DNA from: Octopus vulgaris
Taxonomy: Eukaryota
Assembly: GCA_951406725.2 (NCBI GenBank)
Contig: OX597818.1
Location: 42,718,001 to 42,782,000, forward strand
Direction of reading: 5' to 3'
Length of the DNA: 64,000 nt
The stretch's first letter is position 1; every line of letters starts with the position of its first letter. Both the position numbers and the translations under genes were made by a program. Of this stretch, positions 38,201 through 53,200 are shown piece by piece. The notes beneath the pieces are model-generated. The model saw only the letters and a program-made list of their open reading frames with translations. It made no database searches and was not told the DNA's origin.

Positions 38201-41200
38201 GTGACAAGTAAGCGAACCATCCGATCATGGCCGTTGCCAGCGCCGCCCCGACTGGCCTCCGTGTCTGTGGCACGTAAAAAGCACCATCCATTCGTGGCCG
38301 TTGCCAGCCTCGCCTGGCCCCCGTGCCGGTGGCACGTAAAAGCTCCATCTGTTCATGGCCGTTGCCAGCCTCGCCTGGCCCCCGTGCCGGTGGCATGTAA
38401 AAGCTCCATCCGTTCGTAGCCGTTTGCCAGCTCCATCTGGCACCTGTGCGGGTGGCACTTAAAAAGCACCCACTACACTCACGGAGTGGTTGGCGTTAGG
38501 AAGGGCATCCAGCCGTAGAAACACTGCCAGATCAGACTGGGCCTGATGCAGCCTTCTGGCTTCACAGACCCCAGTTGAACCGTCCAACCCATGCTAGCAT
38601 GGAAAGCGGATGCTAAATGATGATGATGATATATACACACATACAATATACACTATTTTGAAAATAAACTTACATTTGTGTTGAATTTATCTTTCCATTC
38701 CTTGGGAGACATTTTCAGTTCAGCAAAAGCTATTGTTGGATGTAGGAAGTTCTCAATAGCCTGGTGCCTATGGAAAACTGTGGAGTTTTCTTTTGTGTCA
38801 ACATACAGAAGATGTTTCCCTGAAATTATAAAATTCAAAGATTTTAAGAGCCACAAATCAGGATCATTGTTTTAATATCTGTTTTTCTATGCTAATATGG
38901 GTTGGATAGATCTGCTATTCAGCATATCAACATTCATCTCAATTTTTTGGGCCAACAGGAAAGTCTCTACGTGTCCTTTTGTTACTATAATTCTGATCAA
39001 AATACACCCCTCATGAGTTTCAATTAAATTCTAAAACAATCATGAATTTAGGCTTGTTTCATTAAATAACTGTAACTTTTTTACTTATCAACATATTAAT
39101 GTGATATTTGGAACATAATTAAAAAAAGGGTTCTTAATCAATTCTATTACATAACTTTTGTCTCAAAGTGACTTTAATTACAGGTAAATTGAGCAAAAGG
39201 TAAGAATATTAAAATTTTAAATTGAGCAAAAGGTAAAAATATAAAAATTTTGTTTAAACATCACCATAGAAAATGAATCATCAGCTGATATTCAAATGGG
39301 TAAGCAACAAAATTTAGATAAAGAAGAATTGTGCACATCACTAGATCATCATTTGAATTTAATGCACAACAGGTGTACCATAAAGGTGGAATAAACTGAA
39401 ATACTGGAATCCACCGCAAGTTTGACTGAACTAAAGAAATCGGTCAAAAAATAATATACAGCCCTGGTTATGGTATGGAATTGATAAATTCCAGACCACA
39501 TCATTCCCTAGGCCATGCTGACTAACAATTTTCCCTGTATAAAAACTAAATCCACAACAGTACCCAGTATTTGCTTCACAAATTTTCCGAACTTTGATCC
39601 CCCATTTTGTGTTTGTTTACAATCTGCGAAACAATTTGCTTCCACAGTGATCGCTCCAAACAAGCATACTGAAAAAAATAAAGTCTAATGGTTTCGCTTC
39701 CTAAGAAAGACTATAGATAAACTCTATCTCCTCAGAAAAATTGCTAATAAAAACATTTTTAAAGTTTTTTACTTCATTCCAATATAAAATCATCTTTGCT
39801 GTCGCCATCGCCGATTTGTTTCTTCGGATTCGCTGCTTTCAGTCTCGGATACCGAAATATCCTATTCATTCTCGTACACCACGTGCTTTTTACCTCATTC
39901 ATTCTTTTTCTTGATATGTTTGTGTGTCTGTGTTTGTCCCCCAACATTGCTTGACAATCGATGCTGGTGTGTTTACGTCCCGGTAACTTAGCGGTTCAGC
40001 AAAAGAGACGGATAGAATAAATACTAGGCTTACAAAGAATAAGTCCTGGGGTCGATTTGCTCGACTAAAGGCAGTGCTCTAGCATGGCCACAGTCAAATG
40101 ACTGAAACAAGTAAAAGAGTAACACTATTTGAAAACCAGTTACTTATCTAACTAAATGTAGTTTTATTTCTGTGTTACACAAAAAGTTTGCAAATGCTAC
40201 AGTTTTGGATTTTATATAAAAACTATCAAGTCTACTAATATCTTCGTTTACTATATTCATTTAAAAAAAGAACAGAGGGCAATGTTTAACAGTGTATTCT
40301 TAAAAAAATATAACATTGAAATGCATTTATCAACTGTATAGGTACATACCTCGAATTATCAGACCATGTCCATCAACGCCAGTTTCGTTTAAGGGTTCAC
40401 CAACACCCCTACCATCATCAAACAAAAGACGACGATGTAACTATAAAAAAGAGAAAAGTTATTACCCCATCATGAACATTCCTTCTAAGTTTTTTTTTTT
40501 GTTTTTAAGAAAAAACTAAGTCAATACTGTCACAAGTCTTTTTCACTTGAATCTATGACAAAATATTTTATCAGATATTAAATTATTTATAGAAAACTCA
40601 CTTTAAAAAAAAATTAAAAACCTCCTGCTGATTGGATTCTGAATTTAATTAGCAACAAAAGGATAAAATTTGTAATATAATTTAAGTTAAAAATAATAAT
40701 TCTATGAGTGTATTTCAAAGATGAGTTATTCCTAGAGTAGAATGGAATAACTGATCTATTAACCCTTTCATTTCCAACCCGGCTGAAACCGACTCTGGCT
40801 CTGAGTACAAATTTCCTGTTTCCATAAGTTTTGAATTAAAATCTTAGTCACAATTTATGTTCCTAACACTAGCTGAATGATAACTTAAGTTATTTTACTA
40901 AATTCTTTGTTATATTTAAAGTAATCAAAAGAAACACAGAGCATCTCAAAATAAATACAGTAATTAAAGGGTTAAATCTTCATATTTCTATTTCCACTGC
41001 ATTTTAAGCAATTTATGTCTTTCATAAGACATCATATTTTACACATATTTTGCACATGGCTTATGTATATGGCTAACTCATAAATTTGGTTTTGATATTG
41101 TGGTGTAGTGGATAAGAACACTGAAAGCTGGATTATATAAATGGTTTGAGTTCAATCCTATTTTAAAGATATGTATATACTTAAAACTATAGTACCAGAA

Positions 41201-44200
41201 ATATATTGTAAATAGAAATACAATCAATGTGATTGATAGTCTAAACAAATTAAAGACCAAGTAAAAAGAACTTTTCAGACCACTTCTATAGAAATTGATA
41301 TTTGGCAACTTAAATAGAATTGATTGTCCTTCGCCCTGTCATTGAATATTTTGTTAAAATCTCCTTCAAATAAGTTTAAAAGATTTTAACTCTTAAGAAC
41401 AGCATTCTCTCTTCACACTCTGTTACCTATGTCAAGTTTCCATCAGTTTTTTTATGCGAGAGTTACAAAAGACTTGACTACAGCACAGCATTTCTTCATT
41501 ATCTTTATTACCCTTCATCTTTATCTGAGAAACTGACTTTTCTCAGGTCTTATTCTAACTCTACCACCAATGCCATTTGCCTACAATTGAAGGTATATTT
41601 TCACCCAACATGTATCATTTCTTTACAAAGGCCAGGTGGTGCTATTAAGTTAGACATGGCCTGGGCCAATACCGACCAAAACCTTTCTAAGTTATATCCA
41701 TACCAGTATAGCCATTCCACTTGCATTGATAATGCCAGATAACCTTAAAACACAATAGGCTGACATCATATTATTCTTTTCTATTCATTGCATTCACTGC
41801 CCAGTTTCTTGTGTTGCTCAGCATTACATTTTTTCACATGTGCCTCATACAGACTGCCTATTGTACAAAAGAAAATATTGTTGGCAACATAACAATTCTT
41901 TAAACTTCTTCCATTTACTTCAAAATCAGCTGTTATACTTTAAAAATATTAGTTCTTTTACAAATCCACTTAATTACAAAGTTTCAAATGGCTTAAATAA
42001 ATACCACATATGTTTTTAATGAAAGTGAGTTATTTATATGGTATACCAAATTTTCAAGATGCTTGTTTACTATACCTGATATTCATGCACAGAAATGTAG
42101 TTTACAAAGGATACATCCATTGGTAATATATTATCAAAAAAGCATTATATTTCAAAACCTGATGAAAAAAGATACAATTTCTTTAAGTAAACATACCATA
42201 AGTTCAACATGTCCATCTCTTAAACTGCTGCCTCCTTGAGAACGGTCAGTCAGAACAGTAAACTGAACATCTTTCTCGACATCCTAGAAAAGACAACACA
42301 ATTTTGTATTCAATGATTATAGTTGCTTGGTTTGTAAAAGATCTGAAGTAACAATGATTAAATTCAATTATTATATGCATACGATGCCATACAAGTTGAA
42401 CTTGTAGCAAATGCTCTATTATAAAGAAAGAGGATACTTGATCCCAAACTGGAACTATGTTCCTAAATCAATCCTAAGTTTTCCCACAGATTACACAACA
42501 TAACACAGCAAAACTGGTAGTTTGAAAATAGAAAATATGTATATATAACTTTTTATACAAATATCTAATTGAATATATGTGTGATAATATATTTTGTAAG
42601 TAATACTAAAAATATTCCTTTCACAGAACTTTATTCAGCACATTATGTATTCAAGTATGAGCAATAATCTACAAGTTGCACATGTATGTGCTTAAAGACA
42701 TATATCTATGCTTGGAATAATTCCCTGTCTTTGCCACTGGCCTGGAGTCACATCCTGATCACACATGACTTTTCAGTACACTTTATACCTTAAAACGACA
42801 CCAATGAAGGTTTCCTGAGAACAATGTCACAGTACGATTTGTCAATTTCTTAAGCTTTTCTCTGGGTTGCTTTCCAGGACTACTTCCTTGAGAAGCACTT
42901 TGAATAGACCATCATCAAGATACTATCTCCAAAAGTTCCATGCACATACAGAATTGAAAAAAGCATATTTTTGGCAAACTCTTAAACACACTCAGTGAAT
43001 GACATGAGGTACCTTGTAGCTAAAAGCAGCTAAGTCCTTTGGAATAACCATCAACCATAAAAAGACTAAAGTCGTCTATCAACCAAAATACAAAAGTTTT
43101 TTATAGACCTTATTTCCATATCTGCTGCCAAATTGTTTTGCTAGCCATACGTTGAAAGGAATTTTAGGGAACCAACATTCTGGGAAGGAAGACTTCAGCA
43201 TAGTAGTTAATATGGGGCCTATGCATATGTGGTTACAGTGTGGGTGACAAGAAGGCAGCGAGCTGACAGAAACGCTAGCACACTGGGAGAGTTCAAATTC
43301 CACCGAGGTTGACTTTGCCTTTCATCCTTTCGGGGTCAATTAAATAAGTACCAGTTACGCACTGGGGTCAATACAATCAACTTAATCCGTTTGTCTCCTC
43401 TATGTTTAGCCCCTTGTGGGCAATAAAGAAATAAGAAGTGGGAGAGACAGGTGAGTCATAAGTGTCTGGCTGAAGATGGCATGAGACCAATCAACCCTGA
43501 GGAACAGAGACAAATGTGATATAGCAAAATATATAGAGAGAGCAGAAAACACATCTGTGAACTAGAGAGTGAAATGTTTTGGAGTGACTTAATACCATTC
43601 AGTCTTTATGCCTACTGAGAATTGCCTATATCTCTGCTTAGACACTAGCATCAAACCTTGATATGAATTTCTTGATCTAGTTACCAAAATGCAAACACAT
43701 ACTCATGAGATTAACAATTTTTCCTGACTTACTTTGATGAATATCTTGGTGTTGACAGGATAATAATTGCCAGAAATGGGTTCAGAAATTTTTAGAGTCC
43801 AGGTAGGTCGGTAATTAAGTCTGCAGTGAAAATAAAATATATTAAAAATAATAAAGGAATTCTCTTTATTAATTCATTTATGTACTTTGTTTTTTTTTCT
43901 TCCCTAACCCTACATACATGAAATAATGTACCAGTTATATTATAGCAATTATCAAAGAAAAATATTACTACCATTAGTGCACACATCTCTGTCCACTCTC
44001 GTTCTCCTCCTCCATTCTCATATAGAAACTGGATGTCCTTAATTACATATAGTTGGTATTTGAAAGTCAAGAAGTTTATTAAAAGAGAATATAGCCAATC
44101 AGGTTACTTGACCTAATCATGAAACCACAGAAATTTCTGTGTAGATTCAACTATGGAAGGCTGGCTTTTGTAGTATGGACAAATGCATAAGATAAGAAAG

Positions 44201-47200
44201 AATTACCTTTAAAATATCTAACAGAATACCAACAAATACATTTTTTAAATAAAACAGACGAATCTCAACACACACACATATAGTATTGCTTTCACATATG
44301 AGACAGCAATAAAATCAATCAGATATACTCCAACTTCTGCTCCACAAGTGTTCTGTCTCCTTTCACTGCCTCTCCTACCACTACTATAATGATCTCTGCT
44401 TCGTGGAACTGCTTGTCACCTCCCCACAGGCATGCCCACTCTGCTCATCTCGTTTCCTCTCATCATCCATGTGATGTCCAACCCTAGGCGTCATTCTTTC
44501 CTTCCCAGAACATCTGCCCTCTGAAATTATTACCATGCTCATGTCTTTCCTGCAAATTTTGGGTTGTCCGGAAAGTTCATGCCGATTTATAGTAGCTTAC
44601 CTTTTGACTTATTTTAGAACATTATTGAGTCCATAAAATAGAATTTGACTACACCTCCCTTTAGAGCACAGTTTAAGCTATCTTTTCATGGAAGAAGGTT
44701 TATGTTCCTATAATTGTATTAATTCTGTAATCCTTTAAAATGGAAGATAAGAAAGTTCAATTTCGGCACTTGATGCTTTGGGAACCAGACAAAAATTGCT
44801 GCAGCTCAGCTGGGATGTGTTACCCCATCCTCCATATTCACCAGATATTGCTCCTTTGGATTTCCACTTATTCAGGTCTCTGCAGAATAGTCTTAATGGT
44901 AAAAATTTCATTTCCTTGGATGACGTAAATAGATACCTTGATGAATTCTGACCATGAAACCACCTCAATTCTGGGAAGAGGGTATTTTCAAGTTAAAGGA
45001 AAGATGGAGACACATTGTGCAACAAAATGGTTCATATTTGGTTGATTAAAAATGTAATGGCAAGTATTTATTGACCTTTTTCTTTCCTTTAAAAATCGGC
45101 ATGGCTTCTCAAAAGTTCAAAATGAACATAAATAGCATCAATTTAATTGGTCTAAAAGGGCTTGCAAAGACCACAGGCACTACCCCTTCCTGCAGCAAGT
45201 GAAAAGAAAAAAAAAACATGCACACACACACACACACATGTGTGTGTATGAATCTTGTTTCCTTCACTCCCCATCCCAAACTGATATTCACTGCATTCAC
45301 CTCGATCTCCATCTCCAATCATCTGTTACTGTTTTCACACTCTTACAAACTTACCAACCTACACACCCTTTTATAGTGCTCTATCTCTGTTCTATCTCTC
45401 ATAATTACCTTATATTTTGAGAATCAACATCAAAATAAAAATCAAATGGAATTGTAGTTGTGATATCCGTGCTGGTAGCACATAAGCACCATCCGAATGT
45501 GGCCAATGCCAGTGCCGTCTTGGTTGGCTTCCATGCCGGTGGCATGTAAAGAGCACCAACCAATTGTGGCCAGCCATTGCCAGCCTCCTCTGGCCCCTGT
45601 GCCGGTGGCACATAAAAAGCACCCACTACACTCATGGAGTGGTTGGCGTTAGGAAGGTCATCCAGCTGTAGAAACAGCCAGATCAGACTGGAGCCTGGTG
45701 CAGCCTCCTGGCTTCCCAGACCCGGGTCAAACCATCCAACCCATGCTAGCATGGAAAACAGACATTAAACGATGATGATGATGATTTTGAGAATATGCCC
45801 TCACTATCTCTCCCTCTTTCTTCTTTCTCTCTTTCTTGTTGGAGAAGCCATGTATCTCCTTTTCAGTAAGACATCTGTTCTTGGTTTAGGGGAGACTTGG
45901 TTATTATTTCTAACAGAGTGAGTTACTTTGTTGACTTGCTTTCCTTTCTTTTAATGTGACATGAATGCAAATTAATAGCAATGATATTGTTAAGATTCCA
46001 GTCAAAACAATGAGTATTTTATTTAGCAAGTAGAGTTAGAGTAAACACTTAATTATCTATAGTAAATATTTGGACAGAATGTATTAAGAGTCCGATTAGT
46101 AATCCTACAGTATATAGTTATTACAGTGAATATTTGTCACCAAACTAAACATTTGATCAGTCATAGAAAATACTTAATCACATAATAAAAAGGAAAAGAG
46201 TAAATATTGAAGATACATTAAAACTGTCTAGTACTCACTTTCTCTCCATAATTTGTCTTCCATTTGCATCAGTGTAGAACATGTTGTTTGTCTTAAGATT
46301 AGTTTGATACGAAACAACTATTTCTTTTCCTTTATCGTCACTGTAAACAAATGTTATAAGAATTAGGTAGAGATAGACTAAATAAATGGTAAATGTAAGA
46401 GAAAATAAAAACAAATTTAAAAGCCATCACCAAAATACAAATGTTAAAATCTGTTACATACAACGGAAGCCGTATTAGAAGATGACAGCCATCTATCTAT
46501 CAGACAATGTAAAGACATCATGAAACGCAAATTAACTGTGGTATTCATCCTGAAATAATATATCTTACAGAATTGCTATGTTTAAAAACATAATTTATTG
46601 GAGGCTGAGGAAAATCGTCCATAAGAGGCTGGTTCCACATAAAGAGCACTGGTGATGGTGCCACGTAAAAAGCACTGGTGCTGGTGTCACACAAAAAGCA
46701 CAGGTGCTGCTGTCACATAAAAAGCACTGGTGCTGGTGCTACATAGTAAGTGCTGATGTCACATAAAAAGTGCTGGTGCCATGCACAAAAGCACTGGTGC
46801 TGATTCCACATAAAAAGCACTGGTGCTGGTACCATGTGAAAAGCACTGATGATGGTGCCATGCAAAAAGCACTGGTACTGGTGCCATATAAAAAGCACTA
46901 CTGCTGATAAAAAGCACTGGTGCTGGTGCCACATAAAAAGCACTGGTAATGGTTCCACATAAAAAACACTGGAGCTGGTGTCACATAAAACGAACCACTA
47001 GACTTTGTAAAGTGGTTGGCTTTACAAGAGCATCCAGCTACAGAAACCAAGCCAAAATAAACTGGAACCTGGTATGGGCCCTGGCTTGCTAGTTCCTGTC
47101 AAGCCATCCAACCCATGCCAGCATGGGAAACGGACATTAAAAGATGATGATGATAATTTAATACCACATTAAATTTGCCTTTCACAATGTATTTGCATTA

Positions 47201-50200
47201 ATATGACAACAGTTAAAGTTATTAAATAATGGGATCACTCTGCTAAGAGTAGGGTTTGGAGGATACTTTAGTTTTAACAGGTTCTGTAGTGCTAGTGCCA
47301 CAAAAATAAATGCCCTCAGTACACTCTGTAAAGTGGTTGGCAATAAGAAAACAACACAAATCAAGCCAAAAATAAAACTTATTAGTGAGATATGGTTCCC
47401 CAATACATCTAAAAGAGTTGAAAAGACTCATCCAATCTATGCCAACATAGAAAGGAGGCATAAATATTGACATCAATGATGATGATGTCATCATCATCAT
47501 CATCATCATCATTTAACGTCCGCTTTCCATGCTAGCATGGGTTGGACAGTTCAACTGGGGTCTGGGGAGCCCGAAGGCTGCACCAGGCCAGTCAGATCTG
47601 GCAGTGTTTCTACAGGTGGATGCCCTTCCTAATGCCAACCACTCCGAGAGTGTAGTGGGTGATTTTATGTGCCACCGACACAGGTGCCAGACGAGGCTGG
47701 CGAACGGCCACGCTCGGATGGTGTTTTTATGTGCCACCGACACAGGTGCCAGACAAGGCTAGCAGACGACCACGCTCGGATGGTGTTTTTTATGTGCCAC
47801 CGACACAGGAGCCAGATGAGGCTGGCGATCGGCCACGATCGGATGGTGATTGTTACGTGCCCACAGCATGGAGGCCAGTCGGTGCGGTACTGGCTACGGC
47901 CACGTTCGTTTGTATTCTTGTGTGCCACCGGCACTGGTACCACAAAGATACAAATTCCATTGATGTTCATCTATTTTGATTTTGTTTGATTTTTTAATTT
48001 TTTGATTTTTTGATTTTCACTTGCCTCAACAGGTCTTCACAAGTGTCACAAGAAGGAAGGTATGCACAGGTGGACTGACTACGTCCCAGGTAGGGGCCAC
48101 AGGTTATGGCCTGACTAGTCTTGCCGGGTCTTCTCACGCACAGCATACTTCCATAGGTCTCGGTCTCTAGTCATTTCCATGGTGAGACCTAAAGTTCAAA
48201 GGTCGTGCTTCACCACTTCGTCCCAGGTTTTCCTGGGTCTACCTCTTCCACAGGTTCCCTCAACTGCTAGGGTGTAGCACTTTTTCACACAACTATCTTC
48301 AGCCATTCTCGTCATATGACCATACCAGCGCAGCCGTCTCTCTTGCACACCACAACTGACGCTTCTTAGGTTCAACTTTTCACTCAAGGTACTTACACTC
48401 TGACGATTATGAACACTGACATTACACATCCATCGGAGCATACTGGCTTCATTTCTTGCGAGCTTACGCATATCCTCAGCAGTAGAGATGAATATTAGTA
48501 ATTTTTCTTATAAAAGACTTTATTGACCAACCGTGTTTCAATATAACAGTTGTTATTGACTAACTTTGTTTAGCCTAATTTCTTTCTTATAGCCACATTT
48601 CTCTCTTCTTGCTGTGCTTGAGATGACTCATCAAGCCAAGTGAAATCGGAGTTGTGGATGACACTGGTGTCATGTAACTGGCTCCCGAGCCAGTGACACA
48701 TAAAAAGCACATTTCAAGCATTCAAGCATAAAAAGCACATTTCACCTAGAGGTGATGTGGCCAATGCCAGTGGCATGTAAAAAGCACCTTTGAAATGTTG
48801 GGTCTCTTGAAGACAATGTGGCCAATACTGGTGGCATGTAAAAAGCACCTTTTGAGTGCCAGAGGCACATAAAAAGCATCTTTCAGGTGTTGAGCCTCAT
48901 TGAAGCAATGACAAATGACTGAGACCTTTGGCAATATTCCATGCTTGAGAAGAAAACCCATCAAGCCAAGTGAAATTGTTATCATGGCAGATACTGGTGT
49001 CATGCAATTGGCACCCTTGCCAGTGGCGTGCAGCTGGCACCCGTGCCGGTAGCATGTAAAAGCACCCATTACACTCTCAGAGTGGTTGGCATTAGGAAGG
49101 GCATCCAACCCTAGAAACCATACCAAATCAGACTGGAGTCTGGTGCAGACCCTCACATTACCAGCCCTGGTCAAGCTGTCCAACCCATGCCAGCATGGAC
49201 AACAGATATTAAATGATGATGATGATGTCTACGATTTTTGTTTCTTTCAATTTACTGACATTTTTAAAATCAAAGTAGCACATATGAAATAAATGGCTCA
49301 TGGGAGTAGTTCAAACTATGCATAGAAATGGTAGGACATAAAAGTTCAGTCCAGAATTAGGACAAGTAAAAGCACACTAGGACTCTACCCTCAGATCTTT
49401 CCTCCTCTTTATATTTAGATCACAACAGAGGCCTCTGACCTATCCAGTCCATGACAGTATGGAAAACAGACACTAACTAATAATGATTATTACGATTATT
49501 ATTTCAGAAAAATAAAAAATTCAAAACATTTTTAATGTTCTGTGGTGTCTGGGGAGAGTCATTTTCTTTTTGTGCCTTATAATGTAATACACTCACCGGT
49601 AAAATTTCCACTTATTTCTTATTTTTATTTTCCTAAAATTTTCGTTGCGTCTTGCAACCTTTTCAGTAGAAATAAGTGGAAATTTTACCGGTGAGTGTGT
49701 TACATTATAAGGCACAAAAAGAAAATTACTCTCCCCAGACACAACAGAATATGCTTCAACACACGAACTCATATATATAATCTTGAACTCATATATATAT
49801 ATAATCTTGCAAACTAAATCCAAAAACGAAATATTTTTAATGTTGTTATTTCTTCTAAATTAGCAAAAGTTAGGAAATGAATATGAAAAAAATCCCTTGT
49901 AATAAATAAACTTTTATAAATAGAATTCCTCACTTAATGGGGATTGATCCAGCAGTCCATTCAACTTCGGCAAAATTGGAACCTTTATATAGTCGTATAA
50001 CTTGAGTAATCCAAGGGCAGAATACTTGATGAACTTCTTGAACAAGTGGTCCCTGTAAAAAGAAAATCGTTCTGGGAGAATTAAATCATCATAACTTTCA
50101 ATTAATATAATCTAACAATAACTTTACCTTGATTTCTCATAAATCAAAGGAGTCGATAAGCAAAAATTGACAATCACCGATCTAACCATAACTTTGAGCA

Positions 50201-53200
50201 CCTTTTCAAACTCCACCTGTCTAACACCCGTAGACATCTTTACAAAGTCAGAAAACAGCACAGCTCCCATGACTTTCGGAAACAATTTTTTTCACGCTAA
50301 GAGTTGCTGAAGCATGGAACAAACTGCCGGCATCATTTGTTAGTTGTCAGAGCACTGCATCCTTCAAAACTTCCATGCTTCCTGAGATTCGCCAACACGA
50401 CACCTGATTTTCTCCCCTCCATACACATGCAAGCATGTATCTGACTCATACACTGTTCACTTCCCAGACATTTGTACATTACTGCATATGCTTTATACAC
50501 ACTTTTGACAAGTTGTGGTGCACCGGAGCACTGTATACAATAATTTCATTATTATTATTTTATTATTTTAAAGAGAGAAGGTGTTTGCTGATGATGAAAA
50601 ACAACAGCAATCAGATATTCACATTCTGCCAGAATATATTTACAATAAATAGATACATTATTGTTTGAATTTTCATTGTTCTACATGCACTTCATGAATT
50701 ATTATCATTCACAAGTGAATGAGTGAGTGTGAATGTGTGTGTGTGTGCATGTGCACACATGCATGTGAAAGAGAGAGAGTGTCAGTGTATTTGCATTCAT
50801 GCATGTCTTTGTGTCTCTTACTGCCTAGCAACTGGTATTAATTTATTAACGCCCCTATGACTTAGCAATTCAGCAAAAGAAAGACTAACAGAATAAGTAC
50901 CAGACTTAATATATGTACTGGGGTCAATTTGATTGACTAAACCCAGAACGAAACAAGTATAAGAATGAAAGAATACAATAAAGGAAAGGCTATTATTTAA
51001 AAATAAAACAATATTAGCATAAGAATATCTTGTTAATTCTCCCAAGCCTTCTTTTCTATAGAGTTTGACCTTGTAAAGCAAAACAGACACATTTCTCACA
51101 AAATCATGTACATGAATACCTTCTTCAACACCTGACATAAAGCCACCTGCCCCTCTCTCAAATATATTGTTTTTCCTTTATTTTTCCTTTATTTTCTTTT
51201 CTTTGTTTTGTAAGTTACTCAGTGACCTTGCTTGTGCTGGTATCACTCAAAAAGCATTTCCAGTACACACAGCAAAGTAGATGATACTCTGAATGGCATC
51301 CAGTCATAGAAACCATGCCAAAGCTGACAGTGCAGCCTGATGCTCTGCAGCTCATTGGATCCTGTCAAATCACCCAACCCATGTCAACATGGAAAATGGA
51401 CGATAACCAATAATGTGATATTTTTGACCTGTAACATATGAAATATTATTGATGAAGCCATTTTCGTAAAGGAAGAAAATTCAAAACATGTCGAAAGTTA
51501 TTTCCAACAAATTTGCTAAAGTTATGAAATGAATATCTTTTATGTCTTATTTGTTTCAGTCATTAGACTGTGGCCATACTGGGGCACCACTTTGAAGGAT
51601 TTTAGTTGAATGAATCAACCCCAGTGCCTTATATTCTTTAAAGCCTGTGTTTGAAGGTGATGCTTCACCACCTCATCTCATGTCTTCATGGGCCTATCTC
51701 TTCCACAGGTTCCTTCCACAGTTAGGGAGTGGCACTTCCTCACACAGCTATCCTCATCTTTACATAGCACATGACCATACCAGTGCAGTCATCCCTCTTG
51801 CATACCACATTTGATGCTTCTTATGCCCAACTTTTCTCTCAGGGTTCTCAATAGTAATTAAATTATGGGCAACAACAAGTCTTAAGAGGGTAGAACCCAC
51901 TCCTCTTCAACTTGTTTTCTCAACACAACCAGGTAATGAAACATTTATAGTTTTTACTGTGTTGTTGCTGCTAACTTGTTATTGTTTAACTTCACTTAAG
52001 GGCATTCCAGCCATGACCACTGCTTTTGACTGCTGTTTCTAGCAAGTCGAGAGACCACGTAGAGGCACCATCACTGACTTGATGCTCCTACCTTGTGGTA
52101 CCTATGTCTTATGTGCAACAAAGTAAATGGAAACCATTGGAAAGAAACAAGTGCTCATGAACAGAAATAAACCACTGATCTCTCAACTTGTTGCCAGACA
52201 CCCTAATGGCTCAGCTATCTTGCATGGAATGAGACAATAGTTGTTTGGATACCGATAATCTGACATGGCTGACTGGGCATTGGGCTTGTTTTGGCAACAA
52301 CATATTAGGCTTGTTTTGGTGTTGGAGGTAAACACATACACATATACGGCGACGTATATAAAAGGCGGCAAGCTGGCAGAAACGTTAGCACACCAGGCGA
52401 AATGCTTAGCAGTATTTCGTCTGCCACTACATTCTGAGTTCAAATTCCGCCGAGGTCGACTTTGCCTTTCATTCTTTCGGAGTCAATTAAATAAGTACCA
52501 GTTATGCACTGGGGTCGATATAATCGACTTAATACGTTTGTCTGTTCTTGTTTGTCCTCTCTATGTTTAGCCCCTTGTGGGTAGTAAAGAAATAAGTAAA
52601 AACATACACATATACACAAGTGCAAAAATTTACACATACAGGTAAACAGAGTGAAAATGCAAGAGAAAGACAGGGGGAGAGGGGAGAAGGGAGAGAGAGA
52701 GAGAAAGACATTATTTTTATTGTTGCAGCAAGTGTCACTGGCTATTCTCTGTGACAATACTTTTGCTATTATGTTTGCAGGGTATGGCTGAGCACACTGT
52801 TCAAACTGGGATGTACAGCCTCTTACTCCTTCCCACCCACCTTTGTTTTCATTGTTTAATTCTCTTTTTCTTTGTCTTTGTTTCCTTGTTGAAGGGATTT
52901 GGGGGTAGCTGTTTCACCGGTTGATTTCTTATTTCACTTATATTTTTCTAAAGTGAAAGATCAACTCACTTTTTCAATACTTTAATTTTTTTTTTAATTT
53001 AATCAGTTTCTCTTTTCTTATTCAAATAAAGGTATATCATATCCAAAATAAAAGTAAAAAATCTATTAATTTAACACAACTGACATAATTACTTTCCCTC
53101 ACACAGATAGACAGAGAGAGAGAGAACAAGAAAAACATTAAAACATCAAAATCAAAATCGATCAACATCAATGGAAATTGTAGCTGTGATACCAGTGCCG

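Noticed and set aside
39360-39890. CpG-richer stretch that may be an LTR/gag remnant or regulatory island
   Set aside because: No ORF, termini or motif I can support without a search.
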